IMG/VR virus record: IMGVR_UViG_3300034116_001288
Location: 1 to 61,242 of that record
Strand: one strand, 5' to 3'
Source: a virus
Lineage: Duplodnaviria; Caudoviricetes
DNA: 61,242 nucleotides
Shown piece after piece: positions 1-8,152 of the stretch. The stretch's first letter is position 1. The number at the start of each line of letters is the position of its first letter. The position numbers and the translations under genes were made by a program. The notes below the pieces were generated by a model. It was not told the origin of the DNA. It saw only the letters and a list, made by a program, of their open reading frames with translations, and did no database searches.

Positions 1-168
1 CTGACGCTCGACGCCTGACGCCTGACGCTCGACGCTCGACGCTCGACGCTCGACGCTCGACGCCTGACGCTCGACGCTCGACGCTCGACGCTCGACGCTC
101 GACGCTCGACGCTCGACGCTCGACGCCTGACGCTCGACGCTCGACGCCTGACGCTCGACGCTCGACGC
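1..168. repeat. Tandem heptamer array, 24 units of (TC/CT)GACGC, truncated by the window start
   Basis: Read directly: 18 TCGACGC and 6 CTGACGC units, followed by G-tracts at ~171-216. Confidence 0.97.
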
Positions 169-654
169 CTGGCGGGGGGGGGTGGCTAGGGAGGGGGGGG
201 CGGAGGGGGGGGGCGGATTCCGCAAATTTTCCGCTTACGCTCGCGCCTGGCAAAGGGGGAAGGCCGAAATCGGCGCTATGGCAATTATGGTAATCGTATT
301 AATAAATGCCATAGGTGAATCCATCATCGAAATACCATAAACATCAGACTTATCAGAATTACATTCACCAGATTCTAAAGAATCACCATATATACCATAC
401 GGACTATTCACACCATTCAAGTAATCTCTTCCATAACTCGTTCACTCGCAGGGTTCCGCGTCAGCCATGTTGCAAAAACACGCATAATGTGTTTTCCGAT
501 ATTCGCACAGATTTGCCTTTCTTGCCACCAGCTTCGCGTCTGCTGATCTCAGGCGGTAATTGCCCTACGGCATCCCGCGCCCGGTGCGGAACGTGTAAAT
601 CGAGATGTGCGCATTTCGCAAGTGCGCCGGTGGTTGACGGGTTGATTCGCGGGC

Positions 655-1302
655 ATCGGTCTGAAGCCTGCATTCACAAAAGTTAATCGCTACATCTTTG
701 ACCCGAAAGCGTGGTCGTGGTCGATACCGTCTGGAACGACGTGCCCTGGTGCAGAGCAGTGCCTCGCTCGGGTGGACAGGGAAACTGGACACATGACCAA
801 TGGCCCGAAGCAGACCTTTAAATGCTATGCTGCCGTGAGCGAGAGATACCCCTCGGTGCGGGCGAGATATTGGTGTAACTTCGATGCCGTTCGAGGAAAG
901 AGTGCCGGGGAAGTGGCGAGCGTAATTTCGGAGTGCTTCCCAAAAAAAGCAAAGAGGGTGAGGGTCCACACTGCCGGTGACTTCTTTTCTGAGCAATACT
1001 TCTTGGGCTGGATGGAGTTTGCAAGATCGATGCCGGATGTCCAATTTTGGGCATTCACGAAGTCGCTCCCGTTCTGGATCTCTAACATGGCATCAGTCCC
1101 CGAGAACATGGAACTTCAAGCCTCTTATGGCGGAAGGTGGGACAGTATGATCGAGCAGAACAATCTGAAATTCGCACGGGTGGTGTGGTCCCGAGAAGAG
1201 GCTGAAAAATTAGGATTGGAGATCGACATGGATGATTCGCGCGCCGCGCGCCGGGGCGGATCCTTTGCACTGCTCGAAAATTTCTCTTCGCGTGTGACTT
1301 GA
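655..1302 (+). CDS. Gp88-like (radical-SAM-like) phage protein, probable non-canonical start
   Basis: The frame is open from the stop at 643 and contains SWSIPSGTTCPGAEQC...CYA, RVHTAGDF and FWAFTK. The tracked ORF (772) omits the first Cys motif, so the start is probably ATC 655 or CTG 661. Confidence 0.65.
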   Translation: MGLKPAFTKVNRYIFDPKAWSWSIPSGTTCPGAEQCLARVDRETGHMTNGPKQTFKCYAAVSERYPSVRARYWCNFDAVRGKSAGEVASVISECFPKKAKRVRVHTAGDFFSEQYFLGWMEFARSMPDVQFWAFTKSLPFWISNMASVPENMELQASYGGRWDSMIEQNNLKFARVVWSREEAEKLGLEIDMDDSRAARRGGSFALLENFSSRVT

Positions 1303-1326
1303 CGGTTTCGCTTAAATGCGCATAAT
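1299..1326 (+). promoter_or_regulatory. sigma70-like promoter for a leaderless gene
   Basis: TTGACG-16nt-CATAAT with ATG 1333 six nt after the -10 box. Confidence 0.6.
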
Positions 1327-1332
1327 GTGGGC

Positions 1333-1578
1333 ATGTATAAGCCCCTTGCTCCATTCGTGTCTCCGCCCGGTTTCCGCACCTATTGCTTCCTCGTCGTCGA
1401 TGGCGGAGACACGGGCGAGCCGAACCGTGAGGTCTTTTTCAGCCTCCCCGAGGGGGATGATCTTTCGAACGAAAAGATCGCCCGAACCCTAATCAACATC
1501 GGCGGCGAGATCGTCCGTCACTACGTCGAAGAAATCGGATTGGAGGATCCCTCCGTCTCGGTCGATCTCGTCAGTTGA
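1333..1578 (+). CDS. Hypothetical protein
   Basis: ORF with its own promoter, converging on the next gene. Confidence 0.55.
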   Translation: MYKPLAPFVSPPGFRTYCFLVVDGGDTGEPNREVFFSLPEGDDLSNEKIARTLINIGGEIVRHYVEEIGLEDPSVSVDLVS

Positions 1579-1930
1579 GCATCTCCATGATCGACCCCGA
1601 GGACACGCCCTCGATGAGGGTCTTGATCCTCGTGAGTGTCTCCGGCGTGATTTGATCCTTCGTCAGCCGGATGACCCGCCAACCGAGGAGCGTGGCTTCG
1701 AGGTATTTCTCGGAGTCGGCGATGAACCCGCTCGCCCGATTGTGACGACCGTAGGAGTGGATGCCGCCCTCGACCTCGATGAGCGTGCGGGAGTCGTGAT
1801 GGGCATAGTCCGCCCGCCACTTCCGCACCGGATGGAATGCGTGCTCCTCCTCCAGCGTCGGACCATGGATTGACCTCCACACCATGTTGAACCTCATTTC
1901 AAGTGAGGACGCAGATCGCTTTGTTGCCAT
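1571..1930 (-). CDS. PD-(D/E)XK endonuclease (DUF559/Vsr-like)
   Basis: EHAFHPVRKWRADY...LIEVEGG...H...D.EKY..A..LGWRVIR motif string. Confidence 0.8.
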   Translation of the reverse strand: MATKRSASSLEMRFNMVWRSIHGPTLEEEHAFHPVRKWRADYAHHDSRTLIEVEGGIHSYGRHNRASGFIADSEKYLEATLLGWRVIRLTKDQITPETLTRIKTLIEGVSSGSIMEMLN

Positions 1931-2699
1931 GGCAGTAAGAAAAAATCAACCGCGCCCTCGCGCTCCGAGGAAGTCGTCATCGGTGTCGAGAAAACCCGCC
2001 TCTACCCCGGTCAAGTCGCCGGAAATGGCGAAACCGGGAACACTCACTCCAGATCTTGCTCGCAAAGTCCTTCAAGCAGACCTTGGGAGGATCTTGCAGA
2101 AGGTCAAGGATCGGAAACCCCTTTCAGCGCCGGAGCGGAATCTCATGTCTCAGATGGCGGCGGATGAGTCGCCGTCGCCGACGACCAACGAGACCCCAGA
2201 CCACGTCGCCTCCGTCTCCGCCCTCGCCGGTATCCTTGGCGTGAGTCGCCGGTCGATTCAACTTTGGCGACGGAAATATCCATCCGAAATTCCGTCGAAC
2301 CGCACCAACGGGAACTACGACGTGGTCGCATGGCGAGAGTTCGTTCGGCGCAAGGGATTGAAGGAGGGCACCACCATCGAAAGCGACGACGACGGCGAGG
2401 ACATGGAGTCGCTCAAGAAGCGAGACCTACGCGCCCGTGCGGAGGAGCGTGAGTTCAAGCTTTCCGTCATCAAGGGCGACTACCTGCACAAGGAGGACGT
2501 GCGCGAGAGCATCGCCGCCCTCGTCGCCGAGACGATCAAACTGATGCGAGACAAACTGGAGAACGAACTCCCGCCGGTCTGCGCTGGACTCGATGCTGTG
2601 CGGATCCGCGCCGAGAACGCGCGGGTGGTCGATGAGATTTGCGAACTCCTCCACCGCGAGGATGTCGGGGAGCGGGAGGAGGATGACGATGTCGAGTGA
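1929..2699 (+). CDS. terS: Terminase small subunit (Nu1-like HTH)
   Basis: HTH SALAGILGVSRRSIQLWRR...GNYDV plus a coiled coil, overlapping the terL start. Start uncertain (1884, 1929 or 2025). Confidence 0.75.
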   Translation: MAVRKNQPRPRAPRKSSSVSRKPASTPVKSPEMAKPGTLTPDLARKVLQADLGRILQKVKDRKPLSAPERNLMSQMAADESPSPTTNETPDHVASVSALAGILGVSRRSIQLWRRKYPSEIPSNRTNGNYDVVAWREFVRRKGLKEGTTIESDDDGEDMESLKKRDLRARAEEREFKLSVIKGDYLHKEDVRESIAALVAETIKLMRDKLENELPPVCAGLDAVRIRAENARVVDEICELLHREDVGEREEDDDVE

Positions 2700-4671
2700 G
2701 TCACCATCCGGTCGCGATACAGTCCGAGCCATGTGGCGCGATTCGTGGCGACCTCCAGATCGCCGCCCCGCATGGCAATGGGCGGAGGACAACGTGAAGG
2801 CGATTCCGTATTCGCCGACTCCCGGCGGATTCAGGTCGGTGAACTCCCCGTGGATTCGCCGCCCGCTCGAAGCGCTCACCGACGTGACCATCCGCAAGGT
2901 TCAGATCGTCGCCGGTATCCAGGCGTCGAAGACTCTCGGATCCGAGATTGGCTCGTGCCACATCGTCGCGAACCTGCCGGGTCCGATGCTCTGGCTCGAC
3001 CAGAAAGATGAGGAGGCGAGCGACGAGTTGGAGTCGCGGCTGAAACCCCTCTGGCGAAACACGCCCGAGGTGCGGAAACTCCTCCCCGGCGATACCGGGA
3101 AGAACCGCTACAAATCGAAGCGGAACAAGGTCACCTTCTTGAACGGCATGACCGCATGGGTGCTCGGTGCTCACAACATCAAGAACCTTCAGCGCCGCTC
3201 GATCCGATGGCTCATCGGGGACGAGACATGGTCATGGCCGCAGGGGCATATGGCCGAGGCCGAGGCGCGCGTCACCGCATTCGGATGGCTCGGGAAGGTC
3301 TTCTTCTCGTCTCAGGCTGGAGAGGAAAACGACGACACCGACCGCTCTTTCATTGGCGGATCTCAGGAGACCTGGAACTTTAAGTGCTTGAATTCGGAAT
3401 GTGAAATTCTGCAACCTTACCTCTGGGAGAACGTCGAGTGGTCGAAGGAGGCGAAGAACGACGACGGCACCTATCGGCATGACGAGGTCCACGCCACGGC
3501 ACGCATTGTTTGCCCTCACTGCGGACACTCACACAACACCAATGAACTGCGCGTCCGTCGCGCGATGAACGATCCCGAGCGTGGCGCGAACTTCGTCGCC
3601 ATGAATCCGCACGCCCCCGCCGACTACCTGTCCTTCCACTGGAACGGCATGGCATCCACCCCCGTCGGCACGCTTGCAGTCTTGTATGTCACCGCGAAGG
3701 AGGCGGCGCGAAAGGGCGACCTCTCGCTCCTCAAGATCTTCTATCAAAAGCGTCTCGCGATCCCGTGGCGCGACCTCTACGAGGACTACAAGATGGAGAT
3801 CGTCAGGTCCACCTACCTGGAGGGCGAGCCATGGGCGGAGGAGTGCTCTATCCTGCGGGACGGATCTATCGTCGATTCCTTCCCGCCGGTCCCGGTTCGC
3901 GAAGACTTCGACTCCGAGGAGGAGTTCCTGCTCGCCGCCCGCCTTCACTCGCGCCACGCCGGATCCTCACCCGTTCGCGGGCGGATGCTGAAGGTGGACT
4001 GCCAGCGGGATCACTTCTTTGCGACCGTCACCTCTTTCTCGTCCATCGGCAGCACCAGACTCCTCTGGTGCGGAGGTGGGCGCGAAGGGGATCGTCCGCT
4101 CCTTGTCTGGGAGGACATCGAGGACTTGCAGAAGAAGTGGGAAGTGGCGGACCACCTCGTCTTCATTGACGCCGGTCACGACACGGCGCGCGTTTATCTG
4201 GAGTGTGCCAAGCACGGATGGACGGCGCTCATGGGCGACCAACGCTCCACCTTCTCGCACACCGTCCCGATCAATCCCAAACGACCGCAGGAGGGCACCC
4301 GGCGCGTCGAGCGCTTCTACTCGCCGGTGCGGAAGATCAATCTCGGCAATGGCCTCGTCTGCCGGATGCATTATTTCTCGAACCTCAACAACAAGGACAT
4401 CCTCGCCCGCCTCCGCCGGAATCAGGATCCCGAGGAAGGAGTCACCTACGAGGTGCCCGACAACGTGCCCGAGGACTTCCTGAAGCAGATGGACTCCGAG
4501 CAACGCATCAAGACGAAGAGTGGGAAGTGGGTCTGGACGCAGATCGGCAAGCGCCCGAATCACTTCTTCGACTGCGAGACCATGGGCACTGCGGGCCTCG
4601 TGATGATGAAACTCCTAGGTCGCGATCAGGTGGCGGATGGGGAAGGGGATGCGGAGAAGGGCGATTCGTAA
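2689..4671 (+). CDS. terL: Terminase large subunit, lambda GpA family
   Basis: QWAEDN, SPWIRRPL, Walker A-like GIQASKT, Walker B LIGDE, two Cys pairs, nuclease VDCQ / IDAG / NHFFDC. Confidence 0.93.
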   Translation: MSSESPSGRDTVRAMWRDSWRPPDRRPAWQWAEDNVKAIPYSPTPGGFRSVNSPWIRRPLEALTDVTIRKVQIVAGIQASKTLGSEIGSCHIVANLPGPMLWLDQKDEEASDELESRLKPLWRNTPEVRKLLPGDTGKNRYKSKRNKVTFLNGMTAWVLGAHNIKNLQRRSIRWLIGDETWSWPQGHMAEAEARVTAFGWLGKVFFSSQAGEENDDTDRSFIGGSQETWNFKCLNSECEILQPYLWENVEWSKEAKNDDGTYRHDEVHATARIVCPHCGHSHNTNELRVRRAMNDPERGANFVAMNPHAPADYLSFHWNGMASTPVGTLAVLYVTAKEAARKGDLSLLKIFYQKRLAIPWRDLYEDYKMEIVRSTYLEGEPWAEECSILRDGSIVDSFPPVPVREDFDSEEEFLLAARLHSRHAGSSPVRGRMLKVDCQRDHFFATVTSFSSIGSTRLLWCGGGREGDRPLLVWEDIEDLQKKWEVADHLVFIDAGHDTARVYLECAKHGWTALMGDQRSTFSHTVPINPKRPQEGTRRVERFYSPVRKINLGNGLVCRMHYFSNLNNKDILARLRRNQDPEEGVTYEVPDNVPEDFLKQMDSEQRIKTKSGKWVWTQIGKRPNHFFDCETMGTAGLVMMKLLGRDQVADGEGDAEKGDS

Positions 4672-4700
4672 AATATTTGAAGAAATATTCAAATCGCCCC

Positions 4701-4729
4701 TTGACCGATGCGCACAACGGGGGCAGGAT
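4701..4729 (+). promoter_or_regulatory. sigma70-like promoter with upstream inverted repeat, leaderless
   Basis: TTGACC-17nt-CAGGAT with ATG at 4736. ATTTGAA-N6-TTCAAAT inverted repeat just upstream (~4676-4695). Confidence 0.55.
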
Positions 4730-4735
4730 GTGCGC

Positions 4736-5368
4736 ATGGAAAACACCACCTACATCCCAACCTACGACCACAACGACTTCGAATCCGCCGTCGCCGACGG
4801 CGAGCACGCAAACGCCGCGATCATCGCGAGCACGATCTCGGAAGATCCCGCCCTGGACGAGACTGCCCGTCAGGGGTGGGTCGATGCAGCTTGGAAGCAG
4901 TATTGGCTCATCCCCGAGGACGAAGGTTGCGTCCGTGCTGACGTGCTGGAGTGCATCCAGCCAAACGGAGCCTTCGCCGTCTCCGCTCCCTTACATGCTG
5001 ACGGCTTTCTGATCCTCGACGGATCCGACATCGAATCGGTCACTAAGGCGATCTCGACCGCTCGTTGCACCGGCAGTATGAGTGCCACCTTCCGCGACGG
5101 CGACAAGCATGCGGAGGTGCATCGCCTACCCTTCTCCACCCCCAACCACGTCGGACCCGTCACCGCGCAGGATGCGGCGAAAATCACCGGAGACGGGATG
5201 TTTAACGACATTGAGGAGGGATCCCTGTTCTTCATCTGCAAGGACACCCTCTGGTGGTATGAGCAGATGGCTGACGGCAAATTCCACGCCATCATCGAGC
5301 GTTCCGAGTGGATCGTCGAGACTCAGGAGGAGATCATCAAAATCATCCAAGACAATTACTTTATCTGA
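4736..5368 (+). CDS. Hypothetical acidic protein (moron-like insert)
   Basis: ORF behind its own promoter between terL and the gpW-like gene. Confidence 0.7.
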   Translation: MENTTYIPTYDHNDFESAVADGEHANAAIIASTISEDPALDETARQGWVDAAWKQYWLIPEDEGCVRADVLECIQPNGAFAVSAPLHADGFLILDGSDIESVTKAISTARCTGSMSATFRDGDKHAEVHRLPFSTPNHVGPVTAQDAAKITGDGMFNDIEEGSLFFICKDTLWWYEQMADGKFHAIIERSEWIVETQEEIIKIIQDNYFI

Positions 5369-5369
5369 T

Positions 5370-5639
5370 ATGACCACCGACCTCACCCTCCCCCTCGTCC
5401 ACCTCAACGGCACCGGACGCGCCACCCTCATCGAAGACTACGACGACGCAGACGACACCCTCCAAGGATTCATAGATTCCTTCGCGAGCATCGAGTTCAA
5501 CGCCCGCGACTATTACCCCGCCGGTCCTGACGCATGGGGGAAGGCAGTTGATGCCAGACAGGAGATCAACCAGAAGATTAGGGATATCGAGGACTACCTT
5601 GACGCCCACCGCGCTCACCTCTACTCTTCTAAACGATAG
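5370..5639 (+). CDS. Hypothetical phage protein
   Basis: Coupled to the previous stop. LP.VHLNGTG...FNARDYYP motifs. Confidence 0.7.
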   Translation: MTTDLTLPLVHLNGTGRATLIEDYDDADDTLQGFIDSFASIEFNARDYYPAGPDAWGKAVDARQEINQKIRDIEDYLDAHRAHLYSSKR

Positions 5640-5735
5640 TCGTTAAAATTTTCCAATGGATTGGACCATTGGATTGGACGCAAGACCTCGGCAGCAATGC
5701 CGGGGTCTTCGCGTTTTGACATGCGAGTTCGGGCA

Positions 5736-5996
5736 ATGGCATCCGAGACTCCTGACTACACCGTTGGATTCACGCTCGCGGAGGTGGAGGAAATCTTCGC
5801 CATCCTCAAGCTTGAGTTGAAGAAGGTCATCGCGAGCTATTCCGAGTCGGGGACTCAGGTCATCCGCCAGCGACTCGACGACATCCACAAGAAGATGGCG
5901 GCTTGCCAGAAGGCGCTCCAGACGCTCGACCCAACCTCTTACGGCACCAATAATAAAACTGCCACCTCCGCAGTCCCCTACAGCTTCCCACGATGA
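5736..5996 (+). CDS. Head-tail joining protein (gpW-like)
   Basis: Small helical protein immediately before the portal, ATGA overlap, SY-containing hairpin segment. Confidence 0.6.
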   Translation: MASETPDYTVGFTLAEVEEIFAILKLELKKVIASYSESGTQVIRQRLDDIHKKMAACQKALQTLDPTSYGTNNKTATSAVPYSFPR

Positions 5997-7516
5997 GCAT
6001 CCTCTCGAACATTGGATCTCTCTTCGGGATCGCCAAGACTCCCGCTCCCGCCATCGTCGGTGAGTCGCCGCAAGATGGCGCGTTCGCGACCGGCAACGGC
6101 AGCAGTTTCGACGCCGCCACCCGCTCGCCTCGCAGGTCGCAGGTTCCCGGCGCATCGCCCACCGATTTCAAGCACGAGTTCGGCGGCGGCAGTCGCCTGG
6201 AGATCGTCAAGCGCTCTCGTTACCTGATGAAAAACGCGGGACTCCCGCGCGAGGTGCGGGATCTCAATGTCCTCTACGGCATCGGTCCCGAGGGACTTTC
6301 GCCCTATCCGCTCGTCGAATCCCGCCAATGGCTGAAGGACGCGACCGCATACTTCCGGCAATGGAGCGAGCGCGCGGACATCACCGAGCGATTCTCCTTC
6401 ACTGAGATTCAAAAGCTCGTCTCTCAAGCCATCGACACCGACGGCGAGATCTTCGTCGTGAAGACCCGCAACCGACTCTCCGGCGAACCTCGCCTCCAGA
6501 TGATTGAGACCCACCGGGTGGGCAACTTCATGGACGACGACACCGAGGGCAGTGCGGACAAATGGGTGGACGGCATCCGCCTCGACCCGAGCGGTCGCCC
6601 CATCGCGATCAAGGTGCTCCTCGACAACGGGAAAACCCGCAACATCCCCATGGCCTTCGTCATGCACATCTTCGACCCCGAGTCGCCGAGTGCCTATCGC
6701 CATCCTCCCACGCTCACTCATTCGCTCAATCACATGCTCGACGAGATCGAGTTGCTCGCCCTGGAGAAGCACGCAGTGAAGGATAACGCCGACATCACTC
6801 GCGTCCTCAAGACCGAGAAGGGCAAGCTGGACACCTCTGGCGACTTCTCAGCGACCGGAGCGACCGATGTGGAGGACGACGACTCCACCGATCCGAAGGC
6901 GCTCCAGAAGATCACAGGAGGCAAGCTCGTCGCCATCCTCCCGCACGAGTCGCTCGACCCTTACGAGTCGAAGAGACCATCCCCGACTTTCACCGGCTTT
7001 CTGGAGCACCTGAACCGTGCCTCCATGCTCGGCGCATCTCCCTACGAGTTCTCCGTATCTGCGGAAAATGTCGGGAGCGCCGCGATGCGGGTTGCCCTCG
7101 CGAAGGCTCAACGCCGTTTCCGTAACCGCACGCACCTAATCACCAACCGACTCGTAAAGCAGTCGTGGTTCTACGTCATCGGCTCCGCCATCGACCGGGG
7201 TGACCTTCCGCCCATCAAGGGTTGGTCGCGCATCTCTGTCACCCCTCCTCGCGACGTGACCATGGATGCCGGTCGCGACTCCGAGGCCAATCGGCGCGAC
7301 GTGTCTGCGGGACTCAAGTTGCCCACCACCTCCTATGAGGAGCAGGGCGGCGACTTCCTCACGAGCATGGAGCGAAAGGGACAACTCATCAAGGACGTGG
7401 AGGACATCGCCAAGCGTCTCGGCGTCGATCCGAAGCAACTCTTCGACTTCGACTCACCGAAGGCCATCTCCCGTGGATCTGCCGGGACCGCACCGAGCGG
7501 AGGGAAGGCTAAGTGA
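5993..7516 (+). CDS. Portal protein, lambda family
   Basis: RSRYLMKN, DTDGEIF, LQMIE, DGIRLD..GRP, HIFDP, RPSPTFTGF, MDAGRD. Confidence 0.92.
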   Translation: MSILSNIGSLFGIAKTPAPAIVGESPQDGAFATGNGSSFDAATRSPRRSQVPGASPTDFKHEFGGGSRLEIVKRSRYLMKNAGLPREVRDLNVLYGIGPEGLSPYPLVESRQWLKDATAYFRQWSERADITERFSFTEIQKLVSQAIDTDGEIFVVKTRNRLSGEPRLQMIETHRVGNFMDDDTEGSADKWVDGIRLDPSGRPIAIKVLLDNGKTRNIPMAFVMHIFDPESPSAYRHPPTLTHSLNHMLDEIELLALEKHAVKDNADITRVLKTEKGKLDTSGDFSATGATDVEDDDSTDPKALQKITGGKLVAILPHESLDPYESKRPSPTFTGFLEHLNRASMLGASPYEFSVSAENVGSAAMRVALAKAQRRFRNRTHLITNRLVKQSWFYVIGSAIDRGDLPPIKGWSRISVTPPRDVTMDAGRDSEANRRDVSAGLKLPTTSYEEQGGDFLTSMERKGQLIKDVEDIAKRLGVDPKQLFDFDSPKAISRGSAGTAPSGGKAK

Positions 7517-7561
7517 ATCTGAATCCCGAGTGACATGGCGTGGATGGGAATAGATCCCGCA

Positions 7562-8119
7562 ATGAAAAAGCAGCAAATCGTCGTCGCCATCGGTCCCGCC
7601 CTCGGCGGGAAGTCCACCTTCTGCAACCACATCGACGACTTCGCCACCTTCTCCTTCGCCACGCCGCTCTACCAGATGCTGGCAGTCGTTGCGGGTGCGG
7701 ACACCGTTAAGGCGGCGCGCAACGCGAACCAGAAGAGCGATCCCGTCGCCGCCCTTTGCGGGAAGTCTCTCCGCGAAGGTCTCCAGACCATCGGCACCGA
7801 GTGGGGGAGGAACCTCATCGGCGAGGACGTGTGGGTTCAGCATCTCCTGCGGCGCGCCGAGCACGCTCCGCGAATCGCCATCGACGACCTCCGCTTTCCG
7901 AACGAATACGAAGAGATGCGCCGCCGAGGTGCGGTCTTCGTGCGACTCCTCCCCTTCGCCGCTTTGCGCAAGGACGGATGGCAGGGGCACGTCTCCGAAT
8001 CCCATTGGAGAACCTTCAAGGTCCACAAGGAGGTGAACTGGAACACCCGAGAAGATCTCGTCGCCGCCGCCCGCGAATTCTGCCCTGCCGACTTCATCGG
8101 CGTTGAGCCGAGCGCATAG
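7562..8119 (+). CDS. Deoxynucleoside monophosphate kinase-like protein
   Basis: GPALGGKST P-loop, SFATPLY, REGLQTIGTEWGR, IDDLRFPNE. Confidence 0.85.
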   Translation: MKKQQIVVAIGPALGGKSTFCNHIDDFATFSFATPLYQMLAVVAGADTVKAARNANQKSDPVAALCGKSLREGLQTIGTEWGRNLIGEDVWVQHLLRRAEHAPRIAIDDLRFPNEYEEMRRRGAVFVRLLPFAALRKDGWQGHVSESHWRTFKVHKEVNWNTREDLVAAAREFCPADFIGVEPSA

Positions 8120-8132
8120 CGGCACCGCTATG
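8115..8132. promoter_or_regulatory. Palindrome CATAGCGG-CA-CCGCTATG (putative operator)
   Basis: Perfect 8-bp arms, with a 17-bp identical copy at 22944-22960. Confidence 0.5.
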
Positions 8133-8152
8133 TTTGACAGTCCCACCTCGGC

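Noticed and set aside
1-168. CRISPR array or coding repeat
   Set aside because: 7-bp units with no spacers, no cas genes and no convincing ORF.
235-686. Short ORFs 235-420, 315-686 and 461-673
   Set aside because: Atypical composition, no motifs, mutually overlapping. The region looks non-coding.
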